Shown: piece by piece, positions 49,558-59,894 of the stretch
How positions within the stretch are numbered: the stretch's first letter is position 1
Layout: each line of letters opens with the position of its first letter
From: Thermofilaceae archaeon
Lineage (GTDB): Archaea; Thermoproteota; Thermoprotei; Thermofilales; Thermofilaceae
DNA length: 64,000 nt
Direction of reading: 5' to 3'
NCBI GenBank assembly: GCA_038727095.1
Contig: JAVYWK010000009.1
Span: 1 to 64,000, forward strand
Notes under the pieces: generated by a model
What the model was told of the DNA's origin: nothing
Databases searched by the model: none
The model's input: only the letters and a program-made list of their open reading frames with translations
Translations under genes and position numbers: made by a program

Positions 49558-51633
49558 ATGAGTGTTAAGGGAAAGATGCCCGGTATGGTTTATATTTTGG
49601 TTTCATTTATACCTTGGATCATTTACTGGGTGTTTACTGGTTTAGGCTTATCCCTTGGTATCCTTCTATCGCTTACCGCTTCCCTTCTCCTTCTGGTGCC
49701 GCAGGTTTTGAGGAGGAATTTCTACTTTATGGATGTTTTCAGCTTCTTTTACTTTCTCGTGGCTTCCATGGCGACTTTCCTGCTTGGGGTGGGCTTCTTT
49801 GTGGAGTATAGCGGGTTTGTGGGCTACTTGACGCTCTCGCTGATGGCTACGTCCTCTATTGCTCTCGGTGTACCGTTCACGCTTCAGGTTTCTAGGCGGG
49901 ATTGGCCGGAGGTGTACTGGAGGGATAGGGCGTTCCTGCAGATCAACAACCTTGTTTCAGCCGCGTGGGCGCTGGTCTTCATCACTAACGCGCTGGTCTA
50001 CCTGTTCCTCAAGCACCCGTACAACGCGGCGGTTTCGAATGTTCTCGTGGTGTTGGGTACTGTTTTCTCGGTGGTGTTCCCGGCGAGAGCTTCAGCCTTC
50101 TTTGTCGCGAAGAGGTACGTGGAGCCGCTTGAGAGGTTCGATTGGAAGGTTCGGGTGAGCCCCGGTGCCTCCAAGGGTGAGGATGAGTACGACGTTGTGA
50201 TCGTGGGGGCGGGCATCGGGGGGTTGGCGTGTGGCAGCTTGCTGGCGAAGTGGGGGTACAGGGTTTTGGTGCTGGAGCAGCACTACCGGGTTGGAGGCTA
50301 CTGCTCCTCGTTTAGGAGGCTGGGGTTCACATTCAACACTGGAGTTGAGGATGTGAGCGGGCTTTGGGAGAAGGGACCCATTTCGTACCTGCTCCGCGAG
50401 CTGGGGTTGGAGAAGGAGGAGCTGTTCGTGAGGAACAGGACGAGGTTCATCTTCAAGGGGAGGATCATCGAGGCGGAAGGCTTGGAGGAGTTCGTAGAGA
50501 AGCTATCGGAGCTGTTCCCCCACGAGAGGGAGAACGTGGCCCGCTTCTTCGAGGATGCTCGGAGGGCGTACGAAGAGTGCTACCGGGAGGCCGAAGTTTA
50601 CGGCGTACCGCTCCCGGGCGAGTTGATCGCGAAGGTTTTCGGAGTAGAGAAGCTCGTGGACTACCCGAGGGAGCACCCGCACTTCTACGATTGGATGAGT
50701 AAGACGTACAGGCAGAAGCTGGACGAGTACTTCAGGGATGAGGATTTGAAGCTGCTGTTGAGCGCGTTGATCGGCTACGTCGGTGCAGAGCCGGAGAAAG
50801 TTTCCGCGGCGAGCGCGCTCACTGCCTGCGTCTCCTACTACCTGCACGGAGGCTACTACCCGAAGGGGGGAGCCCAGAGGTTTGCGAACAGCTTGAGGGA
50901 TGCCATCGAGAGGAACGGGGGGCGGGTTCTGGTTCGGCAGAGGGTTGACAGGATCCTCGTTGAGAACGGGGAGGTGAAAGGGGTTGCCGCGGGGGGTAGG
51001 GTTTTCAGGAGCAGCGTTGTGGTCGCCAACGTGAACGCCAAGACTGCTCTCTTGGAGCTCGTTGGGGAGGAGCACCTGGGTAGAGAGTACGCGGGCTACA
51101 TCACGGGGTTGAAGATGTCCCCATCGGCTTTCATGGTCTTCCTGGGGGTTGACATGGACCTATCGGGCTACCCGACGCTCATCAAGGATCTGGACGGGGG
51201 CATCGGGGTAGTCATAAACTCCAACGCGGATCCCTCCCTCGCGCCGAAGAGCATGGCCAGCGTCACCATCATAACGCTGGCGAACTACCACGATTTCCCC
51301 CCGAGAGGGACGGAGGAATACCTGAGGAGGAAGAGGGAAGTTGCAGACGAGCTGATCCTGAGAGCGGAGAAGGTCATCCCGGGCTTGAGCGAGCGCATCG
51401 TTGTCCGAGACGCGGCGACGCCGAAAACCTTCGAGAGGTACACTTCGATGCCGGAGGGTGCGATCTACGCGTTCGACCAGTCGATTGAAACCCGGAGGCC
51501 CTTCTTCAAGACGCCCATTAAAGGGTTGTACCTCGTCGGTGCATCAACTTTCCCCGGCGGCGGGGTAGAGGCGGTCGTCATCTCCGGGATCATCTGCGCG
51601 AACGATATACGCGGCTGGAGGCTTGAGCGGTAA
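49558..51633 (+). CDS. FAD-dependent phytoene desaturase/retinol saturase-like oxidoreductase with N-terminal membrane domain
   Basis: IVGAGIGGL, LEQHYRVGGY, YPKGGAQ, TPKTFERYT, GLYLVGASTFPGGG; ~6 N-terminal TM segments. Confidence 0.85.
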   Translation: MSVKGKMPGMVYILVSFIPWIIYWVFTGLGLSLGILLSLTASLLLLVPQVLRRNFYFMDVFSFFYFLVASMATFLLGVGFFVEYSGFVGYLTLSLMATSSIALGVPFTLQVSRRDWPEVYWRDRAFLQINNLVSAAWALVFITNALVYLFLKHPYNAAVSNVLVVLGTVFSVVFPARASAFFVAKRYVEPLERFDWKVRVSPGASKGEDEYDVVIVGAGIGGLACGSLLAKWGYRVLVLEQHYRVGGYCSSFRRLGFTFNTGVEDVSGLWEKGPISYLLRELGLEKEELFVRNRTRFIFKGRIIEAEGLEEFVEKLSELFPHERENVARFFEDARRAYEECYREAEVYGVPLPGELIAKVFGVEKLVDYPREHPHFYDWMSKTYRQKLDEYFRDEDLKLLLSALIGYVGAEPEKVSAASALTACVSYYLHGGYYPKGGAQRFANSLRDAIERNGGRVLVRQRVDRILVENGEVKGVAAGGRVFRSSVVVANVNAKTALLELVGEEHLGREYAGYITGLKMSPSAFMVFLGVDMDLSGYPTLIKDLDGGIGVVINSNADPSLAPKSMASVTIITLANYHDFPPRGTEEYLRRKREVADELILRAEKVIPGLSERIVVRDAATPKTFERYTSMPEGAIYAFDQSIETRRPFFKTPIKGLYLVGASTFPGGGVEAVVISGIICANDIRGWRLER

Positions 51634-51963
51634 CGTGAGAGACCGTTAACGGCTCGATCCGTGAGGCGTAGGAGCCGGGGGGCTGTTTCAAAACCTATCA
51701 AAGGGTACGCTCGATCCATGTTGGGGCGTAACGCTTTTTGCTGCGGGATGAGTTTCATTGTGTGGAAAAAAGGAAGAGTAAAAGGCGGAGGAAGCGCCGT
51801 AAGGAGGATGAGTGCGACGACGGTTTCTTCATGCGAGCTGGGATCGCAATCGCATCCCAAGCCCGGGCGGTTTGAAGGATGAGGGGACGCGCTCGCCGAA
51901 GGCGTCGACCCCCATGCGAGGGTGTTGAAACACCCCTTGTCAAGCTTTGGAGCCTAGCGGGCT

Positions 51964-52341
51964 TCACTGCGCCGGCCTCGTCTGGAGCTTGCGTAGGTCG
52001 AGCTTGACGCCCTTTTCCAGGGCTTCGGTTACGACCACCTTCCTGCCCTTGTACTTCTCCAGCTGCTCGGGAGTGTAGGGGAACATCTCCAGCGTGAAGG
52101 ATCCGTCCCAGAGCCTGCTGAGGAGCTCCATGTTCTCGATGAAGCTCCTCTCCCTAAACTTCTCTGAGACGACCACCATGTCGAGATCGCTATCCGCCAG
52201 CGGGGTGCCGTAGACTCTCGAGCCGAAGAGGTAGACCTCGCTAACGTCGAGCTCATCCCTCAAGCGCTTGAGGAAGGCTAGGAGCTCCCTCTTCTGCTTC
52301 TTCGAGAGCCGCACCCTGTCGAGCTCAGGGAAGGTTTCCAC
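51964..52341 (-). CDS. MNT (pair 3)
   Basis: LFGSRVYGTPLADSDLDMVVVS. Confidence 0.9.
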   Translation of the reverse strand: METFPELDRVRLSKKQKRELLAFLKRLRDELDVSEVYLFGSRVYGTPLADSDLDMVVVSEKFRERSFIENMELLSRLWDGSFTLEMFPYTPEQLEKYKGRKVVVTEALEKGVKLDLRKLQTRPAQ

Positions 52342-52711
52342 GGCTCCTCACCCACTCTAGGACCCTCTGGGCCGCTGCAAGGCACCTCTCGCAGATCTCC
52401 CTCGTGTACGCTTCGCTAGGCACCGTGTTCGCCGCGTTGGGGTACCTCGCCACCACGTAATGGGGGTTTAGGATCCTCAGCTCGTCCATCACCTCCTCGG
52501 CGTCAAGAGCCTTCCCGAGCTTCACGAGGTCCTGGCCCCTGGGAGGGAGCCCCGCCTTCATAGCTATGTAGAGGGCCTTCAAAGCCTTCTCCGCCGCTTG
52601 GTGGCAGAGGAAAGCGGCTACGCTGTACTCCTCTATACCGAAGTTCTTCCTAGCCTGCCTGAGATTGTGCTTCGCTTCGCTCCACCAATCTAAGGCCTCC
52701 TCCCTTATCAC
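52325..52711 (-). CDS. HEPN-domain protein (pair 3)
   Basis: AAFLCHQAAEKALKA, YVVARYPNA. Confidence 0.9.
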   Translation of the reverse strand: MIREEALDWWSEAKHNLRQARKNFGIEEYSVAAFLCHQAAEKALKALYIAMKAGLPPRGQDLVKLGKALDAEEVMDELRILNPHYVVARYPNAANTVPSEAYTREICERCLAAAQRVLEWVRSRGNLP

Positions 52712-52985
52712 TCAGTCATAACCCGACCCACGAGGTTTAAACCTGCCTTTACAGCATTGCGTAGCCTAACGGGGCTTGCGCTCAAGCCGACCCTCGGAGC
52801 GGGGAACACGCTTCAGAATTCGCTTCGGAAGCCTCACCCGTCGAGAAGCATTCTACGCTCGGATCCTACACTCCAAGTAAATTCTCAGCAAAGCATACAC
52901 TCCCTATGGTTTCATCCAGAAGGATTCCGGCTTTTCAAGGCGCGGCCTGTAGCGGATTTAAAGGAGGGTTCACTCTGACTGTGAG

Positions 52986-53384
52986 GTGGGTAGACTGAAA
53001 GGTGTAGGGCTTCCTGCGGGGTGGGCGGAGAAAGCGGAGATTTTTCTCGAGGATGCGGAGAAGCACTTGGCGGAAGGGCACTTCTGGCTTACGTGCTTCG
53101 AGTCCCACCAAGCCGCCGAACTGTACTTGAAATCCCTGATAGTGGCGGCGACGGGGTTCCACCCCTACACGCACGATTTGACGGAGCTGCTTGAAGCTCT
53201 AAAGAGGGTTGGCTTCACCGCGGGTGAAGATATCGTGATCGCATCGGAGATCCTGACGCCCCACTACGCCCTGTCCCTGTACCCGGGGGAGCGCGCCATA
53301 AGCTACACGAGGGAGAGGGCGGAGAGGTGCTTGAGATCGGCTAGGTCTATTATCAACTGGGTGAAGGAGGTTGCCGACCCGTGA
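52986..53384 (+). CDS. HEPN-domain protein (pair 4)
   Basis: CFESHQAAELYLKS, THDL, HYALSLYP. Confidence 0.88.
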   Translation: MGRLKGVGLPAGWAEKAEIFLEDAEKHLAEGHFWLTCFESHQAAELYLKSLIVAATGFHPYTHDLTELLEALKRVGFTAGEDIVIASEILTPHYALSLYPGERAISYTRERAERCLRSARSIINWVKEVADP

Positions 53385-53850
53385 CGAACTCGGGCTGCGC
53401 CTGCTTCAGGAGGCGGCAAAGAGGGTAGCGGAGTGGCAAGAGGCGTTCGAGCAGTACGTTGAGGAAGTGCGTAGGAGCGGGCTGGTGAAGGAGCTCTACC
53501 TCATCGGCTCGAGAGCGAGGGGGGAGCACCTCCCCTCCAGCGACTTCGACCTCCTGGCAGTCGTGAGCAGGGGTGCGGATCCGTTGGAGGTGGCCGAGAA
53601 GCTCAGGTTGCTGAAGAAGAGGAGCTTCCCGCTGGATATCGTAGTCCTAACAGAGGAGGAGTTGGAGGACCCCATCTACAGCGAGATGCTCAGAGGAAGG
53701 AAGAAGCTCATGTGGCCAATCGGGCGCGCGAGAAGCCGAACCGTTGGGCAACCCCAGCGCCAGCGGGCTCGCGACTCCAACCTCATCGGTTCTCCGCAGA
53801 CCGGGCCGCCGCTCAAAACAGCCCTCTCCCGCAGAGCTCTAGTGAGGTAA
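53371..53850 (+). CDS. MNT (pair 4)
   Basis: LIGSRARGEHLPSSDFDLL. Confidence 0.85.
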   Translation: MPTRDELGLRLLQEAAKRVAEWQEAFEQYVEEVRRSGLVKELYLIGSRARGEHLPSSDFDLLAVVSRGADPLEVAEKLRLLKKRSFPLDIVVLTEEELEDPIYSEMLRGRKKLMWPIGRARSRTVGQPQRQRARDSNLIGSPQTGPPLKTALSRRALVR

Positions 53851-54188
53851 GAGTCACGGTGCTCCTCACACTTAAGGGCGGTACCTCCACCGCGTCGCAG
53901 GATCAGAGGCTGCCGGGTGGCGGTGCCGACTTCGCGAGCAATAGGAGGTTATCGTGGGGCGGCGCGCCTGTAGATCTGCCCTGCCGCCAGCCCTCGAACG
54001 AGTTGCCGTCGGTGACGGGAGGGTGGCTGGTTATGAGGCGCGCTAACGGGCGTAGCGTCCCCTGGCGTGGAGGATGCGCATCTCGAGCCCCTCTCGAGGG
54101 GTTCGTTGCATGTTACGCTGGCCCCCAGCTCGTTCCTTAACGATCTTCTGCCCGCGGTGGGTTGCCCGGCTACCGCTCCAGGTACCCT

Positions 54189-54623
54189 TTAGAACCAGTA
54201 CTGGGGGGCTTCGCTCTCCCTAACGACATCCTCGTCGGAGAACCTCCACTTTCCTCTTAAGTCCAGGATCACTATCCCCAGCTCCCCTCCGAGCTTGTCG
54301 CTGATCAGCACTTCGTACTCGAGGTGGGAGATCATCACGTCGCACCGAACGGGGCCCACGACCCTATCCTTAGCCTCGGCGAGCACCTCGGCTGCCCCAG
54401 GAACTAGGTAGTTCCTCACCGGTCCCCCGGCGGTGCCCACCTCCACTAGGTAGGCGTCCTCCGGCGGTGGCCATAAGCCCAGTTCTAGGGCTAGCCTGCG
54501 CGGGATGAGGAGCTGTGGGGTTTCTGCCTCGAAGCCGGAGTTGACGAGCGCGCTGCTAACTACCTTCCTCCCGCTCCTCAGCGACCTTACCCTCAGCTTC
54601 ACCCTCACCGCCACGATGAGCAC
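54189..54623 (-). CDS. Retropepsin-like protein with NSG in place of DTG/DSG
   Basis: ALVNSGFEAETPQLLIP, TAGG flap, VLISD. Confidence 0.75.
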   Translation of the reverse strand: MLIVAVRVKLRVRSLRSGRKVVSSALVNSGFEAETPQLLIPRRLALELGLWPPPEDAYLVEVGTAGGPVRNYLVPGAAEVLAEAKDRVVGPVRCDVMISHLEYEVLISDKLGGELGIVILDLRGKWRFSDEDVVRESEAPQYWF

Positions 54624-54631
54624 CCCTCTTA

Positions 54632-54686
54632 ATCGGGTAGATGTGCCCGACCCTCCTCCTGATCGGGTAGATGTGCCCGATCCTCG
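54632..54686. repeat. 30-bp-period tandem duplication
   Basis: atcgggtagatgtgcccga(c/t)cctc twice. Confidence 0.8.
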
Positions 54687-55019
54687 CCCTCAACCTGTGA
54701 ATGCTCATTCACCCTCGAATAACACGCCCCCAGCCACTAATAACTCTACCTAGCCCAGGCCTTGAACGGATCTCCCAACCGGGAAGTAGTGTAAAGCGCG
54801 GTTTCACGCTCCGCATCCCTCGTAGACGAGCCTGAACAGTCGACAGCCTACCATTCCCTTCACCGCTCGCAACAGCTTACAGGGGACTCGATCCTTCGGT
54901 CAGCCAAAAAGAATCGTCTGGCAGAGTAATCCTTCAACGGGCCTTGAAGCTTAAATGCTCCACCGGAGTAGCAGCTCCTCGAGTACCACCCGCATAGCCA
55001 GCTAGCGAAAGGGGAGGGA

Positions 55020-55125
55020 CTGCTCACGGAATAAGACAAGGTTCGTCCTTAAAGACTGTTGAGGCGAAGAGCTTAGAGGAGTTGGTGGAGAAGCTCTCGG
55101 AGCTGTTCCCCTACGAGGGGGAAGC
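55020..55125 (+). pseudogene. Internal fragment of a paralogue of the 49558-51633 oxidoreductase
   Basis: gaggagttggtggagaagctctcggagctgttcccctacgag closely matches 50484-50526. Confidence 0.65.
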
Positions 55126-55310
55126 GAAGCTTGCTGGAGGCATTGACCATTCTCATCGGTGGAAATTCGAAAGAGCCAGAGCAGGTCGTAGTTAAAGGAC
55201 CCTATACTTCTGGAGAGGAAAGGTTGCTAAGAAAGAAGTTTAAGGTAATATTGGTTTAGATGCTCTAAAGATATTATCTTAAACTATTATGTTTATCTGG
55301 AATATGTGCT

Positions 55311-56066
55311 TCATTTTTCTATCTTTATACCCTTCATTTCAGCTAGTTCTCTTAACGGTGGAATTTCCTCTAGCATCTCTTTCGTGACTAGTGCCCAGTT
55401 TATGCCTTTCGGCTTCTTCATTTTGCTCCCTGTGAAAATGACACGTGAGGGTGTAACGATGATGTCAGCGACAGTATCGTGGGGTTCTACGGGTAGGTTA
55501 GCTTCAATCACCTGGACGTCGTGGGCGATTACGACGACTGGTGTCATGTCGTCCACGACACCTATCTCTGATAGCATCCCCCACTCCAGGTCGAAGAAGC
55601 CTTCACCCTTGCCGAAGCGTACGCCAGATGTATTAACAAGTGAAACCCCCGTGAAGACCATATCGAATTTGCCAAGAGATGCGATGTCCCTTAGTGAAAC
55701 TCTTACTCCAAATCTTTCCGCTCCGTCGAGGGATGCGGCGAAATCCTCCTTGCCATGCGGTACCAGCCTTCTCTCAAGCAGGATAAAGCCACGCCGAATG
55801 CCGTAGGTCGGCATGACGAATGTCTTCCCATCGATTATTGCAGCTTCTCTCAGCTGTTCCAGACAGTTATCAGGTGTGATGAATAGAAGTCTCGATCGCT
55901 TGTACAAGCTCATTTCCCTTACTTTTTCAACACAGAGCTCGCTGCCCTCAAAATCAGGGATGAAATGACTGAAGTCATAATGGAACCTCGAGTCAGGTTT
56001 TGCAACATGCCTCAGCTTCTCCCAAACACTTATCCTAAACTTCATTTTTTCTGCCGAGTTAACCAT
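55311..56066 (-). CDS. 5-formyltetrahydrofolate cyclo-ligase-like protein (COG0212 paralogue type)
   Basis: IPDFEGS, ITPD, RFGKGEGFFDLE, HDTVADIIVTP. Confidence 0.85.
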   Translation of the reverse strand: MVNSAEKMKFRISVWEKLRHVAKPDSRFHYDFSHFIPDFEGSELCVEKVREMSLYKRSRLLFITPDNCLEQLREAAIIDGKTFVMPTYGIRRGFILLERRLVPHGKEDFAASLDGAERFGVRVSLRDIASLGKFDMVFTGVSLVNTSGVRFGKGEGFFDLEWGMLSEIGVVDDMTPVVVIAHDVQVIEANLPVEPHDTVADIIVTPSRVIFTGSKMKKPKGINWALVTKEMLEEIPPLRELAEMKGIKIEK

Positions 56067-57732
56067 GGATTACCACCTCCTTGAGAGTGAATGCAGGCTT
56101 CCCGACAAGCTTCAGCATAAGTTTTGCTAAAGGAGGGACGTCGAGACCTATCTCCTCTAAATTCCCAAAATGCATACTAAAGACACTCCGCGGCGAACCT
56201 AGCGCGACCAGATGCCCACCGCTGAGAACGGCAACCCTCTTTGCGTACTCGCAAACTAATCTCACATCATGAGTGATGACTATCACCGTGGTACCGTTCG
56301 CATTAAGCTTAGACAGGATTTCCATGATCCTGCGCGAGTTCTTCTCGTCTTGTCCGGTCGTTGGCTCATCGACGATTAGTAAGCGGGGTTTAACCGCCAG
56401 GACTGTGGCTAACGCGAGCCTCTGCCTTTCGCCCTTGCTAAGGAAGTACGGAGCCTCGTTCTCTAGGCCCGACAAACCGACGGTCTCGAGGGCCCAGCTA
56501 ACTCGATTCTCCAGCTCCTCACCACCGATACCTCGCAGCCTTAGCGGAAGGGCCACCTCATCTCTGACCGTGTTGCAAACCAGCTGGTGATCTGGGTTCT
56601 GGAAAACATATCCAACTAATGCGGCCAACTGGCTAGGAGATGCCTTCCTCGTGTCTAATCCCATCACCAGAACATGACCTCGTGTGGGCTTGATCAAGCC
56701 CGTCAGGAGCTTCGCCATAGTAGTCTTGCCAGAGCCGTTGGGTCCCATGACAGCAAGAAATTCGCCCTCGTAAATGCTTAAGTTTAACCCCTTAATGGCT
56801 ACTGTCCCATCCCCATACTCGTACCAAACATCGATGAAATGTGCCACGGGTGTCTTGTACATATTATCCGTTTCTTCGGTCTCGTTCACGCGAAGTAGTC
56901 CTCTTAAGGGGCGCAGGACATTAAAAGCTTCCGAAACTGTGAAAGGTAAGGATCCATTAGTGAGGCTCACCCTGACTGCCAGCATAGCTAGTTGAGGTAC
57001 TCTTACTCCAATTCTCTCAAGCTCGTTTACCCTTGAGAATACGTAGCGGGGATGGCCTTCAAGTAGGATCTTACCCTCATTCATGACTACTACTCTGTCC
57101 GCGAACTTAGCCAGCTCGTCAGTATTGTGATCAACTATGATCACTGTTGTCCTGTAGTTGTCTCTCAATCTCTCTACGACCTCCAATACCTCCCTCTTAC
57201 CTACCGGGTCTAGATCCGAGGTGGCCTCATCTATGATCAACAATTTCGGTCGCTTCGCGATGGCAGCTGCAAGGGCCACCCTCTGCTTCTGTCCTCCGCT
57301 GAGCTCATGCGGCGGTTTACTTGCATACTTCCTCATCCCCACAAACTCCAGTGCTTCTTCAACCCTCTGGATCAACTCGTCGCGAGGCACTCCTGCGTTC
57401 TCAAGTGCGAACGCGACCTCATCAAACACTTTCATTGTCACGAATTGTACATCGGGATCCTGAAGAACAAGTGCAACATGGTTTGAGAGTTCTCTGACGC
57501 TGGCGTTCGCCGCATCCAAGCCGAAAACCCTCAAAGACCCTTTATGCTCACCCCTTGTGACTTTAAACAGGATCCCGCTTACACAAAGGCATAGCGTGGT
57601 CTTTCCTGCCGAGCTCGGTCCGATAATGCCCACGATTTCGCCCTCCATCACGGTTAAGCTGATCCCCCTGAGTGTCCATTCAAGCCGTGAAGGGTAGCGC
57701 CACCAGAAATCTTCGATTTCTACTACGTTCAT
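56059..57732 (-). CDS. ECF transporter duplicated ATPase (A-A')
   Basis: Two Walker A motifs (GPSSAGKT, GPNGSGKT), LSGGQ/LSKGE, QDPD/QNPD. Confidence 0.92.
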   Translation of the reverse strand: MNVVEIEDFWWRYPSRLEWTLRGISLTVMEGEIVGIIGPSSAGKTTLCLCVSGILFKVTRGEHKGSLRVFGLDAANASVRELSNHVALVLQDPDVQFVTMKVFDEVAFALENAGVPRDELIQRVEEALEFVGMRKYASKPPHELSGGQKQRVALAAAIAKRPKLLIIDEATSDLDPVGKREVLEVVERLRDNYRTTVIIVDHNTDELAKFADRVVVMNEGKILLEGHPRYVFSRVNELERIGVRVPQLAMLAVRVSLTNGSLPFTVSEAFNVLRPLRGLLRVNETEETDNMYKTPVAHFIDVWYEYGDGTVAIKGLNLSIYEGEFLAVMGPNGSGKTTMAKLLTGLIKPTRGHVLVMGLDTRKASPSQLAALVGYVFQNPDHQLVCNTVRDEVALPLRLRGIGGEELENRVSWALETVGLSGLENEAPYFLSKGERQRLALATVLAVKPRLLIVDEPTTGQDEKNSRRIMEILSKLNANGTTVIVITHDVRLVCEYAKRVAVLSGGHLVALGSPRSVFSMHFGNLEEIGLDVPPLAKLMLKLVGKPAFTLKEVVIHG

Positions 57733-58553
57733 ACAAAAGGCCACCCAGGAAAGCCAAACAGGCCGAGAATTCTTAGCAGTGCAGAGGTAGCTAACAGCAC
57801 CGCGAGGAGTATGGCAGCGACTACATCTTCCTGCTTCCAAACGAACTCGTAAATATACGTTCTTTTACCTTTTGGTAGGAAACCTTTCAGTTCCAGAACA
57901 TACGAAAGTTCTTGCATTCTTTTAAGGGCTAAAACCATGAGAGGCACCCCTGTGAGTAAGACTGAATGTGCTCTCTCAATCACGTTGCCAGCATCGAGAC
58001 GAGCCCCCTTCAACAGCATAGCCTCGCTGATTCTAGCGTAATCCTCGATAAATAGTATGGAGAACCGCATAGAGAGAGCTATAGTGAAGGCTGCTGTGAA
58101 GGGGAAACCCAAGCCCATAAGGCCGTAAACAAGGTCCACATCACGTAGCGAAAGGAAGACTAGCGTTGAACCGAGAATCATGCAAGAAATCCTCAGCATA
58201 ACTGTTACCATGTACATAAGAGTTCTATCGCTCACGAAGGAACCCCAGGGCAGCTCAAAGTAGACAACACTTCCGGGAATCTTGCTCCCTAGAATATAGC
58301 TTACAGTGACGGCTTGAGCGACAAGCAGCAGGTAGGGAAGAGCTTTAGCCAAGCTGCGAAACGGTACTCGCAACACAGGGTAGAGAGAGGCTAAAGCGAC
58401 GAAGTAGGCTAAAAGGGGGATGGGAGCTTCGATGATCCAGGCGACCACATTGAAAATGATGAGGGCCAGAACTTTCACACAGGGATGGAGCAGGAGGAGA
58501 GGGTTAGAACTGTCCAGGTAGGTCAAAAAAGTTTTCGTTTTGAGCTTATCCAT
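57729..58553 (-). CDS. ecfT: ECF transporter T component
   Basis: LHPCVK, LSMRF, EAMLLKG, LELKGF; multi-TM. Confidence 0.85.
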   Translation of the reverse strand: MDKLKTKTFLTYLDSSNPLLLLHPCVKVLALIIFNVVAWIIEAPIPLLAYFVALASLYPVLRVPFRSLAKALPYLLLVAQAVTVSYILGSKIPGSVVYFELPWGSFVSDRTLMYMVTVMLRISCMILGSTLVFLSLRDVDLVYGLMGLGFPFTAAFTIALSMRFSILFIEDYARISEAMLLKGARLDAGNVIERAHSVLLTGVPLMVLALKRMQELSYVLELKGFLPKGKRTYIYEFVWKQEDVVAAILLAVLLATSALLRILGLFGFPGWPFV

Positions 58554-58554
58554 A

Positions 58555-59124
58555 CTACTCCCTCCATATGTACATGGGCGATTGTTTAACGAAACTCGTA
58601 AGGGTACGAAGCAACGGCGTACCCACGATGAACACGGCGAGGCTATCTCCGATGAAGTACGTAACAACGCCAACCCACCAGAACGGCGGAGTAATCACGC
58701 CAAAAAGGAGGTTAACCGTGTGAACCCAGAGCCCACACACTAGGCTGGCTACGGGAACGGCAATCAACCAAGCAATACGATCTTTCTTCCGCTGAAGGTC
58801 GGGGCGAGCGTCCATCAGCTTGAAGATTAGGAGCGCGCAGAGAGGCGCTATTAAGTCGCCTATTGCCCCGTCAAGCCACACGTGTAGTGTGTACCCCTGG
58901 AAGTAGCCCATAGCTAAGAAAGTTGCAATATGTCCGCCAAGCGCGCCCCATATGCCGAACCAGAGGGTCAGCGGGAAGTAGAAACCAGCGGGTATCCAGA
59001 AGCCGGAAGCTGCCGGAAGACCTGGGATGGGGACGAGGATTATGGCGAATAGCGCAAGGGGTAAGCATATTCCAGCTGTAACAGCCGTCACAGCCACTTT
59101 CCGCGCATCAATCATTCCCACCAC
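58555..59124 (-). CDS. Putative ECF S component
   Basis: ~6 TM segments, LWFGIWGALGG; upstream of T and A-A'. Confidence 0.7.
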   Translation of the reverse strand: MVGMIDARKVAVTAVTAGICLPLALFAIILVPIPGLPAASGFWIPAGFYFPLTLWFGIWGALGGHIATFLAMGYFQGYTLHVWLDGAIGDLIAPLCALLIFKLMDARPDLQRKKDRIAWLIAVPVASLVCGLWVHTVNLLFGVITPPFWWVGVVTYFIGDSLAVFIVGTPLLRTLTSFVKQSPMYIWRE

Positions 59125-59125
59125 C

Positions 59126-59374
59126 TCACAGGCTAATCTGACCCATCAGAATCTGGCCGATGAACGCCACGATCAGCCAAACGACGGCCATTTCGCACAG
59201 AAGTTTGAAGATGTGTATGTATAGGAGCTTGCGATTGCTAGAAACGGCGTTCTCTAAGGCAGCTCTTAGCTCACGTCTCTCGAAGAAATCTAGAACTATT
59301 GTTACAACCATGGTCGTATACACACTCATGATAAATAAGTACGTATAGCTCAATTCCTCCACCGAAAACCCCAT
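59126..59374 (-). CDS. Small two-TM membrane protein, first gene of the ECF operon
   Basis: Hydrophobic ORF with GGGGGTGA RBS, 1 bp from the next gene. Confidence 0.65.
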   Translation of the reverse strand: MGFSVEELSYTYLFIMSVYTTMVVTIVLDFFERRELRAALENAVSSNRKLLYIHIFKLLCEMAVVWLIVAFIGQILMGQISL

Positions 59375-59413
59375 CCATCACCCCCTTATTAACATAACTT
59401 TTACAAATATTAT

Positions 59414-59443
59414 TTAACACATTTGTGTTAATAATGTGTTAAT
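59414..59443. promoter_or_regulatory. Palindromic operator-like site upstream of the ECF operon
   Basis: ttaacacatttgtgttaa plus a repeated half-site tgtgttaat. Confidence 0.55.
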
Positions 59444-59894
59444 AAAATACTATTCCGTCGGGAATTGGCCGAGCGGTGAAACCTTTCAAGTTGCGGCGCT
59501 TTCATTATTCGTCCGCATAGAATGACTGATCCGGATGTTCTAGGAGGTCATGACTTTCAGCATGAAACCTTATTGTTTTTACAAGCTTTTACTCGACAAA
59601 GGGCGTTGCGCAATAGGTATTCGTAAGCTCTAGGAAGATAGCGAGGAAAAATAAGGAAAAAGTGAAATAACTCAGGAGCGAAGCACTCTAGATCACTCCT
59701 GTGATTCTCTCGAGTGAGCGTCGAAGGCCTAGTGGCGGAATCACGCTTCATCTATTCTTTGCCGCGTGTATAGGGGTAGCGAGTTTCGCGTGAGGGGCTG
59801 CAGTGTAGCTTGCCCGCGGCTCGCAATGCCAGTGATGAAAGTGGCGGTTGACGTGGTTCGACACGCTTATATGCTCAAAAGAGCTTGATTAAAC

